Both the position numbers and the translations under genes were made by a program. Positions 62,351 to 64,000 of a stretch of DNA of 64,000 bases are shown one piece after another. Source of the DNA: Lama guanicoe (Eukaryota); contig MU053881.1 of the NCBI GenBank assembly GCA_013239625.1, positions 14,748,373-14,812,372 of the forward strand. The letters are read 5' to 3'. How positions within the stretch are numbered: the stretch's first letter is position 1; each line of letters starts with the position of its first letter. The notes below the pieces were generated by a model. That model saw only the letters and a list, made by a program, of their open reading frames with translations. It was not told where the DNA came from and did not search any database.

Positions 62351-64000
62351 AGATATCTTCTTACCCCAAAGACATCTGTCCACTTCTCTTCATCTCCATG
62401 CCCCCACCCACGCTGCCCCAGTCTCTTTCCGGAGGACCCAGGCTGTGCTTGAAACCTCCTCCTTCCTACTTTGGCTGCAGGGGGCTTCTCCAAATCCTCC
62501 TGTGGCTCCCCAGCCCCATCACCCATCAAGACCTTGCCCCATCTTGCCCCTCCCGATGGCCCCACCCCTAAGTGACTTCAGGCCACTCTCTGCCTCCCTC
62601 TGGTCACACTGACATGTCCTCATTCCCACTGCTGGGCCTTTGCACATGCAACACCCTCTATCAGAAACACCTGCTGTGCCTGCCCCTTTCACCTAGTTCT
62701 TCATCTGCCAAAAACCTCCCCCAACTCCCCAGCCCAGGTTAGGCCCCTGATATAAGCTCTCATGGAACTAGTTCTTTTCTTTCCAAATAGCTCCATTCAA
62801 ACTTAGACATTTATTTCTCTGACTGTATCTTCTGCACTGAATCAGTTCTCCATGAGGACAGGCCCAGGTCTCTCCCAATGGCATCTCAGCCTCAACCTAA
62901 GTCTGGCACATTGTAGGACTCTGCATGCTGAACAAAACTCCCCTGCCCACCACCCTCCCTGGGCCAGGACCTCCCTGTGTATTCAGGCAGCCTTCTTGTT
63001 CTTTCTCCCAGCAAACATTAACTGAGTAGTGACTGTGTGCCCCACGTGATCTACAGGGCTGCAGGCTGGGAAAGGACAAACCTCTCAGAATCTCAGGCCA
63101 GAAGTTCCCTGAATCTCAGTGCCATGTGTTCTCAAAGCATCCCTGGTCTCAGGTCATCTTCCTCATCCACTCCAGACCCTTAAGACTGAAGCCAGGTGGA
63201 GCCCCTGATGCCTCTCCCTCCCAAACCCACATTCACTCAGGCTTCTGGTCCTGACAATTCTCCCTCCTTAGTTCTCGCCTCCATCCCGTGGGCTGTCCCC
63301 ACAGCCTCCCAGGTTCCTGCTCAGACCCTGCCTGGGCTCACCCTGGAGGGTCATGCCTGCCTGACCGCCCCTGCTCTCATACCTTCATGGCTCCCCAGCA
63401 TCCTCAGGTGTTAGAAGGGGGCTCTGTCTCAGTCCTGCTCACCTCAAGTCCCTGTCCTATGTGTAGGGCCCACTGGGGGCCAGGAGGCCTGGGAAGAGGC
63501 CAGAGAAGAGGCCATAGGTCCTTGGACTTCAACTCGCCCAACTCATCCTAAGGCTGCTGGGCCACAGAAAGAGGTCAGAGGCAGCCTGCGACTCAGCAGC
63601 CCTCCAGTCCTGTCCCACAAGACTTCCTACTTTCGTCCTAACAGAGTTGAGAGCTGTAGCTTTGGCTTGTAGCCTGGGGCCACTACCAGCTCTGGCTGGC
63701 CTGAGTCCCCTCCCTACTGCTCCAAGGCCCCATGCTTTGCCCACTGCATCTGCCTGGCCTGGCCTCCCTCCCCTGGTCCTGACTGGCCCAGTGAAGTAGG
63801 AACTGAGGGCATAGAACACTCCCATTTGACAGGCAAGGGATTTAGGGCATCGCTGCGCACGAAGATTTGAACGCTGAATGCAGGGTCCTCAGCTGCCTTA
63901 ACCACTCTCCTATAAGCCCATCATGATAACTGACAAGTGTTGAGTGGCTTCAAAACTAGGGACAGCCTGTTTTAGGAGCAGGCTCTGAGTGGTCTCAAAA

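Noticed and set aside
63005..63075. SKH..SSDCVP..RD...GW resembling the semaphorin PSI-domain DCVLARDPYCAW
   Set aside because: caaacattaactgagtagtgactgtgtgcc fits an L2 3' tail equally well, and several frameshifts would be needed.

Overview
Mammalian genomic DNA, very likely camelid (several tRNA-derived Vic-1-like SINEs and young L1 3' ends). A CpG-island bidirectional promoter at about 6.05-7.05 kb drives ARMC6 leftwards (first coding exon 461-630, minus strand) and SUGP2 rightwards. SUGP2 has nine coding exons at 8119-36774, whose phases join into 1095 aa, and a spliced 3' UTR ending near 39.6 kb. The rest of the window looks like repeat-rich intergenic DNA. Three observations stand out. 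(1) Between the repeats at 47-61 kb are at least four colinear, disabled exons of a class-4 semaphorin, apparently an unprocessed relic most like fish Sema4E. (2) The first coding exons of ARMC6 and SUGP2 are homologous, with the same ATG-to-donor length (121 nt), the same phase and a shared RITQETFDA, which points to an inverted exon duplication across the shared promoter. (3) SUGP2's 1608-nt symmetric exon carries a helical region resembling DIRS retrotransposon ORF1. All homology calls are by eye and from recalled sequences; no searches were run.
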